DNA of 64,000 bases from Patescibacteria group bacterium (GTDB lineage Bacteria; Patescibacteriota; Microgenomatia; Daviesbacterales; UBA10151): assembly GCA_943356485.1 (NCBI GenBank), contig CALRFD010000002.1, forward strand, positions 136,156-200,155, read 5' to 3'. Shown here piece by piece: positions 18,956 through 29,210 of the stretch. The position numbers and the translations under genes were made by a program. The notes beneath the pieces were generated by a model that was given only the letters and a program-made list of their open reading frames with translations, was not told the origin of the DNA and searched no databases. Each line of letters opens with the position of its first letter. Positions within the stretch are counted from its first letter, which is position 1.

Positions 18956-19855
18956 ATGTTAAAAGGTATCGATATCAGTGAATACCAACCGAACGTGGAT
19001 TTTAATGTTTTAAAATCTCAAATAGATTTTGTCATTATCCGGGCAAGTTATGGCAATGGATATGTTGATAAATCTTTTGCAACCCATAAGTTAGGTGCAA
19101 GATCAGTCAATCTTCCCTGCGGATTTTACCATTACGCATATCCTCAATATAATGACGCGGAGGCAGAAGCAGATTGGTTTTTACAAACTGTTGGTACTCC
19201 GGAAACTGGAGAGATACTCTGTCTGGATTTTGAAGAAAACTGGAGCGGAGATATTCCCGGCTGGTGCGCTAAATTTCTTGACCGGTTATCCCTAAACTTA
19301 GGTGGCTACAAAGGTCTAATTTATTTAAATCAAAATTTAATCCAACACAACGATTGGTCTAGGGTAGTTAATTCTGGATACGGATTATGGGTAGCTTCAT
19401 ACGACAGTGACCCAAATTCTGTTCACTTTAATACCCCATGGCCATCTGTATTTATTAAACAATACAGCGATGCGGGTATTGTTTCCGGAGTATCAAATAA
19501 AGTTGATGTCAATACTTTTTTCGGAGATCTTTCCAGCCTGCAAAATATCGGATTTCACTTAAGCCAACCGTTTCAATCTATTCCCGAACCAAGTCAACCT
19601 GAGACAACTTCAAATAACTCAAATATAAGTGACCAAAACCCAAACACAAATATCGAAAGGTCAACAAATCAGATATTTTTTGATAGTTTAAAAAGCAGAA
19701 AATTAATCTTAGCTCTTCTTGCCTCTCTCACCACCTTTTTAAATTCTATATTTAACTTAAATCTAACACAAAATGAACTGGTATTATTTCTATTACCTAT
19801 ACTGGCATTTATTATTGTTGAAGGTCTAGCTGATATTATGAAAAGAAGCAAATGA
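18956..19855 (+). CDS. GH25 lysozyme fused to a C-terminal holin-like membrane domain
   Basis: GIDISEYQ, GFYHY, LDFE, LWVASY, QYS..G...VDVN; C-terminal KSRKL...FIIVEGLAD. Confidence 0.85.
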   Translation: MLKGIDISEYQPNVDFNVLKSQIDFVIIRASYGNGYVDKSFATHKLGARSVNLPCGFYHYAYPQYNDAEAEADWFLQTVGTPETGEILCLDFEENWSGDIPGWCAKFLDRLSLNLGGYKGLIYLNQNLIQHNDWSRVVNSGYGLWVASYDSDPNSVHFNTPWPSVFIKQYSDAGIVSGVSNKVDVNTFFGDLSSLQNIGFHLSQPFQSIPEPSQPETTSNNSNISDQNPNTNIERSTNQIFFDSLKSRKLILALLASLTTFLNSIFNLNLTQNELVLFLLPILAFIIVEGLADIMKRSK

Positions 19856-19857
19856 TC

Positions 19858-20745
19858 TTAAAGCTTTCCTGGTATTAAAACCTCTTTAATTGAGTGATCA
19901 TCGTTTATAACAACCACCTGTTGCGTATGAATTTTATCATACGCTAGATTTTTAATCTGTATTGCCGGATGAACTGACCTCCAAAAATAGTGGACAAATT
20001 CTACAATCTGCTCATGGGTCATGCCCTCTCCTTTGGCTCTTAATATTTCCTCTGCCTGATCCCGCCATGCAAGTGAAATTTGATAATTTGGCACATACAG
20101 CACATTCATAAAATCAATTAATCCCCAAAGTGGCAAGTATTCATCTAACTTTTTATTGATATCTTTGGCAAATTGAACATGCTCTTTTGTTTCCAAAGCC
20201 GGCAAACCAGATTCAAAGATCGATTCATCTTCAACCCTTCTGGCTCCAAGCATCCAGCCGTCAAAAAGAATAAAATCCGGTTTATCAGAAATGGTTTTCC
20301 AACCTATCCTGTCTCCGTCCCCATTTTCTACGCCTTTATCATATACGGGTACTTTAATCTTTGCTCCAGCCTCCATAGATTTTAAATCTGCTAAGTTTTT
20401 TACAGCCAGTGGAATATCATGCGTAACTCCCCTACGCATATACCTAGGGTCTTTTTCTCTTAGTTCACTCAGCTCCTTATGAGTAATATAGTAGTCATCA
20501 ATGGATAGACTAATTGACGAGTAACCTAAGCTCCTTAGAAGAGATTCCATAATCTCACCTTGGGTTGTTTTACCGGCTCCTTGTATTGCGCAAATTCCTA
20601 CTACCAAGCCATGACTGCTCTTTTTTTCTTTCTTTAAATCGATCAATTCCTTGGCATATGGACGATAATATTTTTCTAAATCTTTATTTAAGTTCTCCGG
20701 GGAAATCTCCGGGCGCTTCCTTAAAAGTTCATCAAAAGTATCCAT
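19858..20745 (-). CDS. GLYK/Tda10-like P-loop kinase (D-glycerate 3-kinase-like)
   Basis: QGAGKTT, SIDDYY, RGVTHD, PVYDK..GDGDR, FDGWMLG. Confidence 0.8.
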   Translation of the reverse strand: MDTFDELLRKRPEISPENLNKDLEKYYRPYAKELIDLKKEKKSSHGLVVGICAIQGAGKTTQGEIMESLLRSLGYSSISLSIDDYYITHKELSELREKDPRYMRRGVTHDIPLAVKNLADLKSMEAGAKIKVPVYDKGVENGDGDRIGWKTISDKPDFILFDGWMLGARRVEDESIFESGLPALETKEHVQFAKDINKKLDEYLPLWGLIDFMNVLYVPNYQISLAWRDQAEEILRAKGEGMTHEQIVEFVHYFWRSVHPAIQIKNLAYDKIHTQQVVVINDDHSIKEVLIPGKL

Positions 20746-20749
20746 TGAC

Positions 20750-20778
20750 TTGATTATATCTTATAGGTGTGTTATACT
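20750..20778 (+). promoter_or_regulatory. promoter TTGATT-17-TATACT (TG-extended) for the DEAD-box helicase, about 120-nt leader
   Basis: TTGATT 20750-20755, TATACT 20773-20778. Confidence 0.6.
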
Positions 20779-20853
20779 GCTATCAGTTGATTTAGATTTT
20801 CAAGCTACCGAATCATTTTTTCCACACGGATCAGACTTTTAAAGTAGCTCCTT

Positions 20854-20882
20854 ACTAATTATTTAATTAGTTTTTTCTTTTT
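20854..20882 (+). terminator. terminator-like hairpin in the helicase leader
   Basis: ACTAATTA-TT-TAATTAGT followed by a T-tract; AT-rich and weak. Confidence 0.4.
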
Positions 20883-20904
20883 CAATTCTTAAATTTTTAT
20901 ATTT

Positions 20905-22182
20905 ATGTACGATAACAAGCCAAAAGGCTTTCGCTCCTCCGTTAGAGGAGGAGCATCACAAAATAATAGACCCTTTAGAAAACCATTCCAAAAAAGTGGT
21001 TTTCAAACATACAAAAATAACGGTGGTTTTAACCAATCAAGAGGCGGTGGAAGCGGCAGGGGTTTACATGAAAGTAAACTTAAAGGTCAAGTTGATATCT
21101 TTATTAAAAAAGCTAGCGAATCCTCTATTGAAACCGATACTCTTTCACAAAAACTTTTCTCAGATTTCGACTTGATTACTCCTTTAAAAGAAAATATTCA
21201 AAAAAAAGGCTATACAACCCCCACTCCAATACAGGAAAAAACAATTCCGGCAATCTTGCAAGGCCGTGATTTGATTGGCCTGGCAAATACCGGAACAGGT
21301 AAAACAGCTGCTTTTTTAATTCCTATAATCAACAAGATTTGCAAGGATCGAAACCAGGCTGCTTTAATAATTACACCTACAAGAGAGCTGGCAGTACAAA
21401 TTAATGATGAATTTAAGGCTTTTGCCTGGGATTTAAGAATTTATTCAGCCCTTCTTATTGGAGGTTCAAATATGCATAGGCAACTAAATGATCTAAGACG
21501 AAATCCTAATGTGGTAATCGGTACACCTGGCAGGCTTAAAGATTTAATTCAAAGACAGATGCTTCGTTTAAACGATTTCTCAATTTTCGTACTTGATGAG
21601 GTAGATCTAATGGTAGATATCGGATTTGTTAACGATGTCAAATACTTCATGGGACTCCTGCCTCAAGTAAGACAGTCTTTATTTTTCTCTGCCACCATCT
21701 CTCCTAAAATTAGCGAGATCCTGCAAGACTTTGTGCAAAATCCGGTCACAGTCTCAGTTAAAGTGCGCGATACTGCAGAAAATGTTGACCAGGATGTAGT
21801 TAGAGTTACAAGTAGAGATAAAAAACTTGACCAACTACATGATCTTTTAATTAAAGACGGGTTTGATAAAGTTCTGATTTTCGGCAAAACAAAACATGGT
21901 ATTGAAAAATTGAACAAGGAATTGGAATTTAGAGGATTTAAAGTAGGAAGCATACACGGAAATAAAAAACAATCCCAACGCCAAAGAGTCCTGCAAAGTT
22001 TTAAAAGGGATGAAATAAATATACTTTTGGCAACAGATGTAGCATCCAGAGGCCTGGATATTCCAGATGTTAGCCATGTTATTAATTATGATCTACCACA
22101 AACTTTCGAAGATTATATCCACAGAATCGGTAGAACTGGCAGAGCCGGTAAAACCGGTACTGCATTAACATTTGTGGAATAA
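20905..22182 (+). CDS. DEAD-box RNA helicase
   Basis: Q motif PTPIQ, ANTGTGKT, PTRELA, DEVD, SAT, HRIGRTGRAG. Confidence 0.95.
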   Translation: MYDNKPKGFRSSVRGGASQNNRPFRKPFQKSGFQTYKNNGGFNQSRGGGSGRGLHESKLKGQVDIFIKKASESSIETDTLSQKLFSDFDLITPLKENIQKKGYTTPTPIQEKTIPAILQGRDLIGLANTGTGKTAAFLIPIINKICKDRNQAALIITPTRELAVQINDEFKAFAWDLRIYSALLIGGSNMHRQLNDLRRNPNVVIGTPGRLKDLIQRQMLRLNDFSIFVLDEVDLMVDIGFVNDVKYFMGLLPQVRQSLFFSATISPKISEILQDFVQNPVTVSVKVRDTAENVDQDVVRVTSRDKKLDQLHDLLIKDGFDKVLIFGKTKHGIEKLNKELEFRGFKVGSIHGNKKQSQRQRVLQSFKRDEINILLATDVASRGLDIPDVSHVINYDLPQTFEDYIHRIGRTGRAGKTGTALTFVE

Positions 22183-22184
22183 CT

Positions 22185-23636
22185 TTAGACATACCCCGGG
22201 AAAAAATCTACTTTTATTTCTTTAACTCCCAAGCTCTCTAAAGTTTTTTCAAAAGCCTCTATCATGGAGCGGCGACCGGAGATATAAAATATTCTTTCTC
22301 TAAAATCAAGAACCTGTTGTCTTATCATCTCCTCGTCTATATAACCCGTGGTATCTGTATTCACATATATTGTTTTAATCCCTAATTTTAAAGCGGCCTG
22401 GTCAAATATATCTTGATAAACAATATCTTCAGCTGTCTTATTTGAAAAAAGCAAGACTATATCTCTTTTTTCATTTTTATCCAGTAAGTATTTAACCATA
22501 CTTCTAAATGGTGTCACTCCAATACCACCTGCTATAAAACAAAGCTTCCTACTTAAATCTTTAGGTAATGTAAATTCCCCGGACAACTGACTGGCAATTA
22601 TTTCGCTATCCTTTGGTAAATCCATGAGTGATTTTTTAAAACTACTGGGATTTGGATATAACTTAATTCCTATTCTTAAGTTGTCTTCAGTTGGGGAAGA
22701 GGCAAGAGTGAAATATCTCCTGCTTCCTCTGCTGTCAGGGTTTTTTTGCGGCAGAGTCCATTCCATATATTGCCCGGCAAGATAAGATGGTGGTTTTTCT
22801 AGTCCGAAGACAAAATCATAAATGCCAGGAGCAATTTTAATCTTCTCCTTGAGCTTAAGTAACAACCTCTCTTTTGGACTGACAAAAAAAGAGAAAATAT
22901 TACCTATCAGAATGGCTAGCTCCGGAGTCGGATAAATAGATCCCAGATGAATTTGCGGAGTAAATAATAAACCTACTATAAAACCATTCAATATCTGGAG
23001 GATTTTTGTAGGCGGTGTGGTTTGCGGTTCAGTCAACATGATAAAACTAAAAAAGAGTATTAAAGATGCAGAAGAATTAAATGAATTCCGCCCTAAAATA
23101 ACCACTAAAGAGGTTAGTAAAAAACTTAATACCAAACTAAACCTTCTGACTTTTCTAACCACTAATAACCCACCAAGTAGCACAACTGGAATCATCCAAA
23201 AACTTCCAATCCACCAACTGGCTGATTGATCGCTGACAAAAGCAATGACAACCACTGCAAAAGCAGCCGGGTTAAAAATATGTTTTCTATTTATAGCCAG
23301 GATATATTTTGATCCCATCGCTAAAACCGCTACCAGAGTAAAAAAGTAGATATCATTAATGTTCTCAATCGGATTGATTATTAAAGTTAAAATTAGTGCT
23401 GTAATATAAACGGATTCTAAATTTGTTGTAGCTTTAAATATCTTTGCAAATACCGTATTTGCTCCCCAGCAAACAGCTATTAAAAAAACTGCCGAAAAAA
23501 TTAATTCGACCGGGTTAATAGGCAACCAGCCAAATGAACTAAACCCTAAAGCCGACAGTAAAAAAAAGATCAGTACAAAAAGTACTAATCTATACATAGT
23601 TATCTGATTTAAAAAATCATCGATGTATTTAAGCAT
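22185..23636 (-). CDS. RnfD/NqrB-like membrane domain fused to an FAD/NAD(P) reductase (FNR) domain
   Basis: KHIFNPAA in the membrane part; RYFTLASSP, AGGIGVTPFRSM, DFFPGY. Confidence 0.8.
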   Translation of the reverse strand: MLKYIDDFLNQITMYRLVLFVLIFFLLSALGFSSFGWLPINPVELIFSAVFLIAVCWGANTVFAKIFKATTNLESVYITALILTLIINPIENINDIYFFTLVAVLAMGSKYILAINRKHIFNPAAFAVVVIAFVSDQSASWWIGSFWMIPVVLLGGLLVVRKVRRFSLVLSFLLTSLVVILGRNSFNSSASLILFFSFIMLTEPQTTPPTKILQILNGFIVGLLFTPQIHLGSIYPTPELAILIGNIFSFFVSPKERLLLKLKEKIKIAPGIYDFVFGLEKPPSYLAGQYMEWTLPQKNPDSRGSRRYFTLASSPTEDNLRIGIKLYPNPSSFKKSLMDLPKDSEIIASQLSGEFTLPKDLSRKLCFIAGGIGVTPFRSMVKYLLDKNEKRDIVLLFSNKTAEDIVYQDIFDQAALKLGIKTIYVNTDTTGYIDEEMIRQQVLDFRERIFYISGRRSMIEAFEKTLESLGVKEIKVDFFPGYV

Positions 23637-23638
23637 CT

Positions 23639-25156
23639 TTAATATCTATCCGGCTTACCCAACACCATAAATCTCCAGAAAAATGGAAAATGAAGAGTGG
23701 ATAATACAGTTGAGGGAACTATCGGACAAGTCTTGCTCTCACAAGCAATTTCAAAAGCATTATAGATATAAATTATATTAAAATAGATACCCACAATTAT
23801 TACTCCTATAATTAATCCTTTAGAAATCCTATCAAGGATATTCAAATTAAAAACTCCTCTTAAAATTGATGGTAATAAAAGTGCGCTTAAAATATTCCTA
23901 TATAAACCTGGGTGGATATTATCCCGAAAGTCATTTGCCAAAAGCATTCTGTTTCCAAGTAACATTCCAGCAACTATAAAGCTGGAAAAAAAATCAGCTT
24001 TTTTAACTAAGTATTGTAGACCCCAAGCCCCAATAATTGCTAAAAATGGATAAGAAGGAAACCTATACCAGGCAAGTAAATCATTCTCCCCTCCGGATAT
24101 CATCACCATAATAACTGTATAGACAAAAACAAAAATAACCAGTGATGATCGATCAGACAAATCCCGCAGATTTTTGAAAAATTTTGTGGTGAAGATAAAG
24201 TAGGCACTGGAAAGTAAGCAGAAAACGAACCAGCTGTCTTTAAGCAAATCTGTTTTATAAGCTGGAGTTATAAAATACCAGGCCAAACTGCCAAAGCCGA
24301 TTGGTCTGTTTGATTGGATCGCTAAAATATTTTTAAAGATCGCTGCATCCATTAAATATCCATATGCAAAATATGCAAACAAAAATGGTATGGTAGCCAA
24401 TATTAAATAAAGACTGGAATAGATGGCTGATTTAACTGCTTTGCTTTGATAATAGTGGGTGAAAACAATAAATAATACAAAAGGTAGTAACAAATACCCT
24501 GTAGGTTTAGATAATCCAGCAATACCTATTAAAATTGGTATCGGATAAATTAACCAACTTTTATCTTTTTCTAAAAAGTTAAGTAAGAGATAAAAAATAA
24601 CTGTTAATATTAAGGCTATTAGATTCTCCGGCATGGCAGACCTGGAGGCAAATACAAAAAGGGGTATTGTCCCGAAAAGTATCATCGAAAGTATACCTGT
24701 CCAATATCCGGAGATTTTTTTAGCAATTAAAAAAATCATAATTGAAGTTAAGGCAGCAAAGAAAATAACCGGAATTCTAATATAGGAGCTGGGAATCACA
24801 TCTGTTCTTACTGCATGATTAATATGAGCAAACCAACCAACAATCAAAGAAAATAAGGGTGGCTCATCAAGCCAAGGCCGATAAAGCGTCACCCAGACGT
24901 TAGGAATCCCACCTTTATATGTTACTTCTCCTGAAAAGACCTCTGCTTTCTTAGGGTAGTCTAGAGTCGACCAGGAAACAGGGATACCAGTTTCAATTAA
25001 ATATAGTCCTGACCAGGAATAAAGCATTTCATCTAAATGATTAGCTGGAGGAACTTTTTCATAGTTATGAGCCCTGATAATAAAAGTTGAGTAAAGTATT
25101 AGAAAGAAAATAAAAATCCTGAAATATTTATCTTTGAATATTTTCTTGAGGTTCAT
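23639..25156 (-). CDS. GT-C (PMT/ArnT-like) membrane glycosyltransferase
   Basis: DE motif after TM1, DEPPL, many TMs, LSKPTG. Confidence 0.75.
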   Translation of the reverse strand: MNLKKIFKDKYFRIFIFFLILYSTFIIRAHNYEKVPPANHLDEMLYSWSGLYLIETGIPVSWSTLDYPKKAEVFSGEVTYKGGIPNVWVTLYRPWLDEPPLFSLIVGWFAHINHAVRTDVIPSSYIRIPVIFFAALTSIMIFLIAKKISGYWTGILSMILFGTIPLFVFASRSAMPENLIALILTVIFYLLLNFLEKDKSWLIYPIPILIGIAGLSKPTGYLLLPFVLFIVFTHYYQSKAVKSAIYSSLYLILATIPFLFAYFAYGYLMDAAIFKNILAIQSNRPIGFGSLAWYFITPAYKTDLLKDSWFVFCLLSSAYFIFTTKFFKNLRDLSDRSSLVIFVFVYTVIMVMISGGENDLLAWYRFPSYPFLAIIGAWGLQYLVKKADFFSSFIVAGMLLGNRMLLANDFRDNIHPGLYRNILSALLLPSILRGVFNLNILDRISKGLIIGVIIVGIYFNIIYIYNAFEIACESKTCPIVPSTVLSTLHFPFFWRFMVLGKPDRY

Positions 25157-25185
25157 CTAAACTATTATACTAAATCTGATTTAAT

Positions 25186-26121
25186 TTAATTACCTGCAAA
25201 ATTATTTTTAGAAACCCCCATTACCGCAGTATTTCGCTTTCCCGGGAAAGTTTTTTCATCAACTAAGGTTAATAAATTTTTCCCAACTCTTCCGCCCGGT
25301 CTGATTCTATAAAGAAAATATCTATTTGTATCTGTGATAAGAGTTCCTGAAATTGTAGTAACAGCTGTTTTAAATCCAACATCTTTAACAACCTGTATTG
25401 CCTGGTTATCAAATGCCCCATAAGGATACGCAAACGATACAATTGGAATTCCTGTCTTCTCTTCCAGATATTTTTTGCTTTCCTCTATTTCAGATCTGAC
25501 TCTTTTTAAAGGCAATCCGGCCAGATAAGTATGATTCATTGTATGCGCCCCTATTTCAACCAAACCGCTTTGAACAATCTCCTTAAGCTGCCGACTTGTT
25601 AAGTTATTAGGTTTATCTAAAAAGTTAGGAACAATATAGGCAATAGCTTTGATGTTGTATTTTTTTAATATCGGGAAAACATCTGTATAAAAATCCCTAT
25701 ATCCATCATCAAAAGTTAAAATAATCGGCTTTTTAGGTAACTTTATCTTGTCATCATAGAGATCTGCTAAATCTTTTGGAGTTATAAAGACAAAGCCTGC
25801 ATCCTTCAATGTCTTTACCTCTTCCTCAAAAACAATAGGAACAATATTTAAAGACTTTCTGATAGTATCTCCTTCGTCTTTTACATACTCAACATAATGA
25901 TAAAGTAAAATAGGTACATAAAACTCTTTCGTCTGCTTTATGTTTAAAACATCTTTTTTTATCTGCTGAGGGATTTCTACAACATCAGGTACTGCGATTT
26001 TAAAATGAATAACACCATATAGCAGGCTTAAGAAAATAATTACGAAAATTATTATAAACACTAGCTTAACATTAAATAGATTTGATCTCGTTGATTTTGT
26101 TTTAGTTTTATTTTTATGCAT
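25186..26121 (-). CDS. polysaccharide deacetylase (CE4)
   Basis: PILLYH, LTFDDGY, AHTMNH, FAYPYG. Confidence 0.9.
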   Translation of the reverse strand: MHKNKTKTKSTRSNLFNVKLVFIIIFVIIFLSLLYGVIHFKIAVPDVVEIPQQIKKDVLNIKQTKEFYVPILLYHYVEYVKDEGDTIRKSLNIVPIVFEEEVKTLKDAGFVFITPKDLADLYDDKIKLPKKPIILTFDDGYRDFYTDVFPILKKYNIKAIAYIVPNFLDKPNNLTSRQLKEIVQSGLVEIGAHTMNHTYLAGLPLKRVRSEIEESKKYLEEKTGIPIVSFAYPYGAFDNQAIQVVKDVGFKTAVTTISGTLITDTNRYFLYRIRPGGRVGKNLLTLVDEKTFPGKRNTAVMGVSKNNFAGN

Positions 26122-26136
26122 TTTTATATCTTAATT

Positions 26137-27069
26137 TTAAAAATTTTCCAATTCTACTTGTATATGCTTAACTTCAGGAACTTCTTTTTTAATTTCTTCT
26201 TTAATTTTGTGAATTAGATTTTCAATCTCGTGGGTTTTTAAATCCTCTGCTAAATTTACTTCCATGTTGACTAATAATTTCTCTGATCCAATATGCAGGG
26301 TTTTAAGATCCAGTATTTTTCTGACTTCCGGTGTATTTAATGTTATCAATCTAATTCTACCTTCAACTTCTGAGGAGGCGCTCCTGCCGACAATCAGATC
26401 CATCACCCCCATAAGTAAAATAAATGCCAAAATTCCCAAAGTTGTCCCAATTAATATTGCGCCTAATCCGTCAAATCTATAGTCATTGGTGAATTTATAA
26501 ATAATTAGTGCAATAGCTCCTAAAATAGAAGCGCTCATACCCATAAGATCTAAGATGAAGGTGGTTTTTGTTTCTATTAGCGAGGTTCTCAAAAAGATTT
26601 TAATAACCTGGTTGATATTCCTATTTCGAAGCAACCTTTTTAGACTTAGAAAAAAGGAAGCCCCATTTGTAATAGCAGTCAATACCAAAACTGCAAAAGC
26701 CAGATTAATATCATGTACTTCCTGCGGATGTCTAAATCTTTGCCAACCAAAGTAAATTGATAAGATTGAGGATATTGCAAACATCACCATACCGGAAAGC
26801 AAAGCCCAAAAATACAACTCCCTTCCATATCCAAAAGGATGATCCTTGTCCTCTTTTTGAGAAGATCTAGCCAATCCCACAAGCAGTAAACCTGAAGATA
26901 TTAAATCAGCCATCCCTTCTAAAACCTGCGATACCATAATCACAGAACCTGAAATAATGGCTACTGCCAAAGATAGGACAATGTCTAAAAAATCAACCAG
27001 AAATGATACTACCACGACTGTACTTGAGGATATTTTTTTCTTATCAGGACTTTTAATGTTGCTTAACAC
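26137..27069 (-). CDS. cation diffusion facilitator transporter
   Basis: HPFGYGRE, 6 TM, cytosolic dimerisation domain. Confidence 0.88.
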   Translation of the reverse strand: MLSNIKSPDKKKISSSTVVVVSFLVDFLDIVLSLAVAIISGSVIMVSQVLEGMADLISSGLLLVGLARSSQKEDKDHPFGYGRELYFWALLSGMVMFAISSILSIYFGWQRFRHPQEVHDINLAFAVLVLTAITNGASFFLSLKRLLRNRNINQVIKIFLRTSLIETKTTFILDLMGMSASILGAIALIIYKFTNDYRFDGLGAILIGTTLGILAFILLMGVMDLIVGRSASSEVEGRIRLITLNTPEVRKILDLKTLHIGSEKLLVNMEVNLAEDLKTHEIENLIHKIKEEIKKEVPEVKHIQVELENF

Positions 27070-27090
27070 AAATATAAGTATAACAAAATT

Positions 27091-27990
27091 TTACATTGTC
27101 GCTACATCCCTGTGCTCATCGGAAAAATCCCGACAACCCATCGGACATAAAGCCTTATTATTTTCATCAGTACAATCAAGACAACAGATAAAATGCCTGT
27201 GGCAAAAATCATCACTGCAATTTATATAGTTTTCAGAAGGCTTGTCACAACTAGCACACCTGCCAATAATCTCGCGCCTTTGATCATCCATATTAAAACC
27301 CATGACTAATCTGTTATCAAAAACATACAACGATCCTTTAAAATCTTCATTCGGATACTTCTCCATATAAGTTACTATTCCGCCAAACAGCTGATAAACA
27401 TCGCTAAATCCTTCTTTTACCAAAAACCCAGAAGCTTTCTCGCATCTGACTCCACCGGTACAAACAGTTACTATTGTTTTTCCTTTTAAATGCTTTATTT
27501 TTGGTAGCAGCTTTGAGATATCTCTAAAATTCTCAATCCCTGATAGTATGGAATTTTCAAAGTACCCCACTCTTTGCTCGTAATCATTTCTCATATCAAC
27601 AATGAAAAACTCTTTTTTCCCTTTTATCCAACTATGCAACTGCTCCGCAGTAAGATATTTCCCTGTAGTTTTATTTGGATCTAAGCCGTCAACCCCGCTT
27701 GCCACAATTTCATTCCTTACTTTGATAGAAAGTTTTGGAAAGGCCTCACCTGTTCCTTCACTTAACTTTATATGAGTATCTGCAAATCTTTTGTCTTTTA
27801 AGAAAATATCCAGATATCTATTAATATCCTCTACTTTCCCTTCCAAAGTTGCATTGATTCCTTCTTTGGCAATAATCATTCTACCCTTGAGGCTTAATTT
27901 AAGACATACCTCCCTTTGCTCATCTCTTAACTTCTCCGGATTTTCGATTGTCACATATTTATAAAAAAGAATGATTTTAAATTTGCTCAT
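27091..27990 (-). CDS. trhO: rhodanese-domain tRNA uridine(34) hydroxylase (UPF0176)
   Basis: LFYKY, GRMIIAKEGINATL, DMRNDYE, CTGGVRCEKAS, YVFDNR. Confidence 0.88.
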   Translation of the reverse strand: MSKFKIILFYKYVTIENPEKLRDEQREVCLKLSLKGRMIIAKEGINATLEGKVEDINRYLDIFLKDKRFADTHIKLSEGTGEAFPKLSIKVRNEIVASGVDGLDPNKTTGKYLTAEQLHSWIKGKKEFFIVDMRNDYEQRVGYFENSILSGIENFRDISKLLPKIKHLKGKTIVTVCTGGVRCEKASGFLVKEGFSDVYQLFGGIVTYMEKYPNEDFKGSLYVFDNRLVMGFNMDDQRREIIGRCASCDKPSENYINCSDDFCHRHFICCLDCTDENNKALCPMGCRDFSDEHRDVATM

Positions 27991-27998
27991 AATTAAAA

Positions 27999-28580
27999 TC
28001 ACCTGCCTTTTGCTATAATACTTTGAATAATCCCCCTATATTTATTGATATTGCTATCTGCGCTGGATTGTTGTTTTTTATCTTTATCGCAACTGTCTTT
28101 AAAAAAATCACATTCTTGTTGAACTCTACAGCTGCAGGTAATCCTCATCGATGACTCGGCAGAAGATTTATCAAAGACTGCTGAGTTAAACTGATTTAAG
28201 TAATACTGCAAATCATCAAAATCCTGTTGCGAGTAGCATTTATTGCTTGCAAACTCCCCCTCTCTAATATTTTTATAGATACAAGAGGCCTCCTGTTTAG
28301 GATAGGTTATAACTTGCGCAGGTATAGTAGTTTTAGTTGAAACAGGAATTGGCGTATTGGATGGAATAGCTATCGGTGTTAAGGTAGGCTTTGGAATTTC
28401 TGTTGTTAAATCATGAAAAAATTGCTTAAAGGGAGCTACAATTTTTTGTTCTACAATTTTACTTTTATAAGATAAATAAGCTGTCAAGGAAATAGAGGAA
28501 ATAAATAGTAAAGATAAAATAGTTAAAATTATACCTGCTCTTTTGGCAATATTTTTAACTGGCAAAGGAGAATCTTTCAT
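27999..28580 (-). CDS. hypothetical membrane-anchored protein
   Basis: N-terminal TM, P/T-rich linker, Cys-containing C-domain. Confidence 0.65.
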   Translation of the reverse strand: MKDSPLPVKNIAKRAGIILTILSLLFISSISLTAYLSYKSKIVEQKIVAPFKQFFHDLTTEIPKPTLTPIAIPSNTPIPVSTKTTIPAQVITYPKQEASCIYKNIREGEFASNKCYSQQDFDDLQYYLNQFNSAVFDKSSAESSMRITCSCRVQQECDFFKDSCDKDKKQQSSADSNINKYRGIIQSIIAKGR

Positions 28581-28586
28581 TTATTA

Positions 28587-29117
28587 TTAAGCCGCGAATA
28601 GCTCTTCTTGCGTAAATCCAAAGATCCTAGCTGCTAAAAGATTAGGGAAAGTTTGAATTGTATTATTATAATCCTGAACTGTTAGATTATACTCTTCCCT
28701 GTACTTTGCTAATACGTCCTCAGTAGAAGTCAAATCACTCCTTAGCGCCAGGTAATTTTCATTTGCTTTAAGTTGAGGATTACTTTCCACCACCATAAAT
28801 AAAGATCTCAGCGTATCTGTTAACATATTTTCGGCTTTAGCAGTTTGATGAGCACCCTTAGAAGTATCCAACGCAGATCTGGCCTCTGCTACTCCTTCAA
28901 ATGTATCTTTCTCGTGTTTTGCATAATCCTTAGTTAAATCAACTAACTTATCAATCAGATCTCCTTTTCTTTTTAACTGAACAGTAATATCAGAATAATC
29001 AGTCTTTACCTGGTTCTTTTTTTGGATAAAAGTATTATAAGCACCCCAAAAAAATACTAATAAAAGAAAAACTACAAAAGATATCGTTCCTGCTATCCAA
29101 AAAAACTCCTGTGTCAT
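28587..29117 (-). CDS. lemA: LemA family protein
   Basis: YN, VQLKRK.DLI, YAKHEK, PQLKANENY, YN..IQTFP. Confidence 0.92.
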   Translation of the reverse strand: MTQEFFWIAGTISFVVFLLLVFFWGAYNTFIQKKNQVKTDYSDITVQLKRKGDLIDKLVDLTKDYAKHEKDTFEGVAEARSALDTSKGAHQTAKAENMLTDTLRSLFMVVESNPQLKANENYLALRSDLTSTEDVLAKYREEYNLTVQDYNNTIQTFPNLLAARIFGFTQEELFAA

Positions 29118-29210
29118 ATAAATATAATTATCTCATCATAAACCAAGAAAATCAAACAACTCATCAAGTTAGGATAATTTCCAATCAGAAAAATAACGCT
29201 GGAAAGATCG

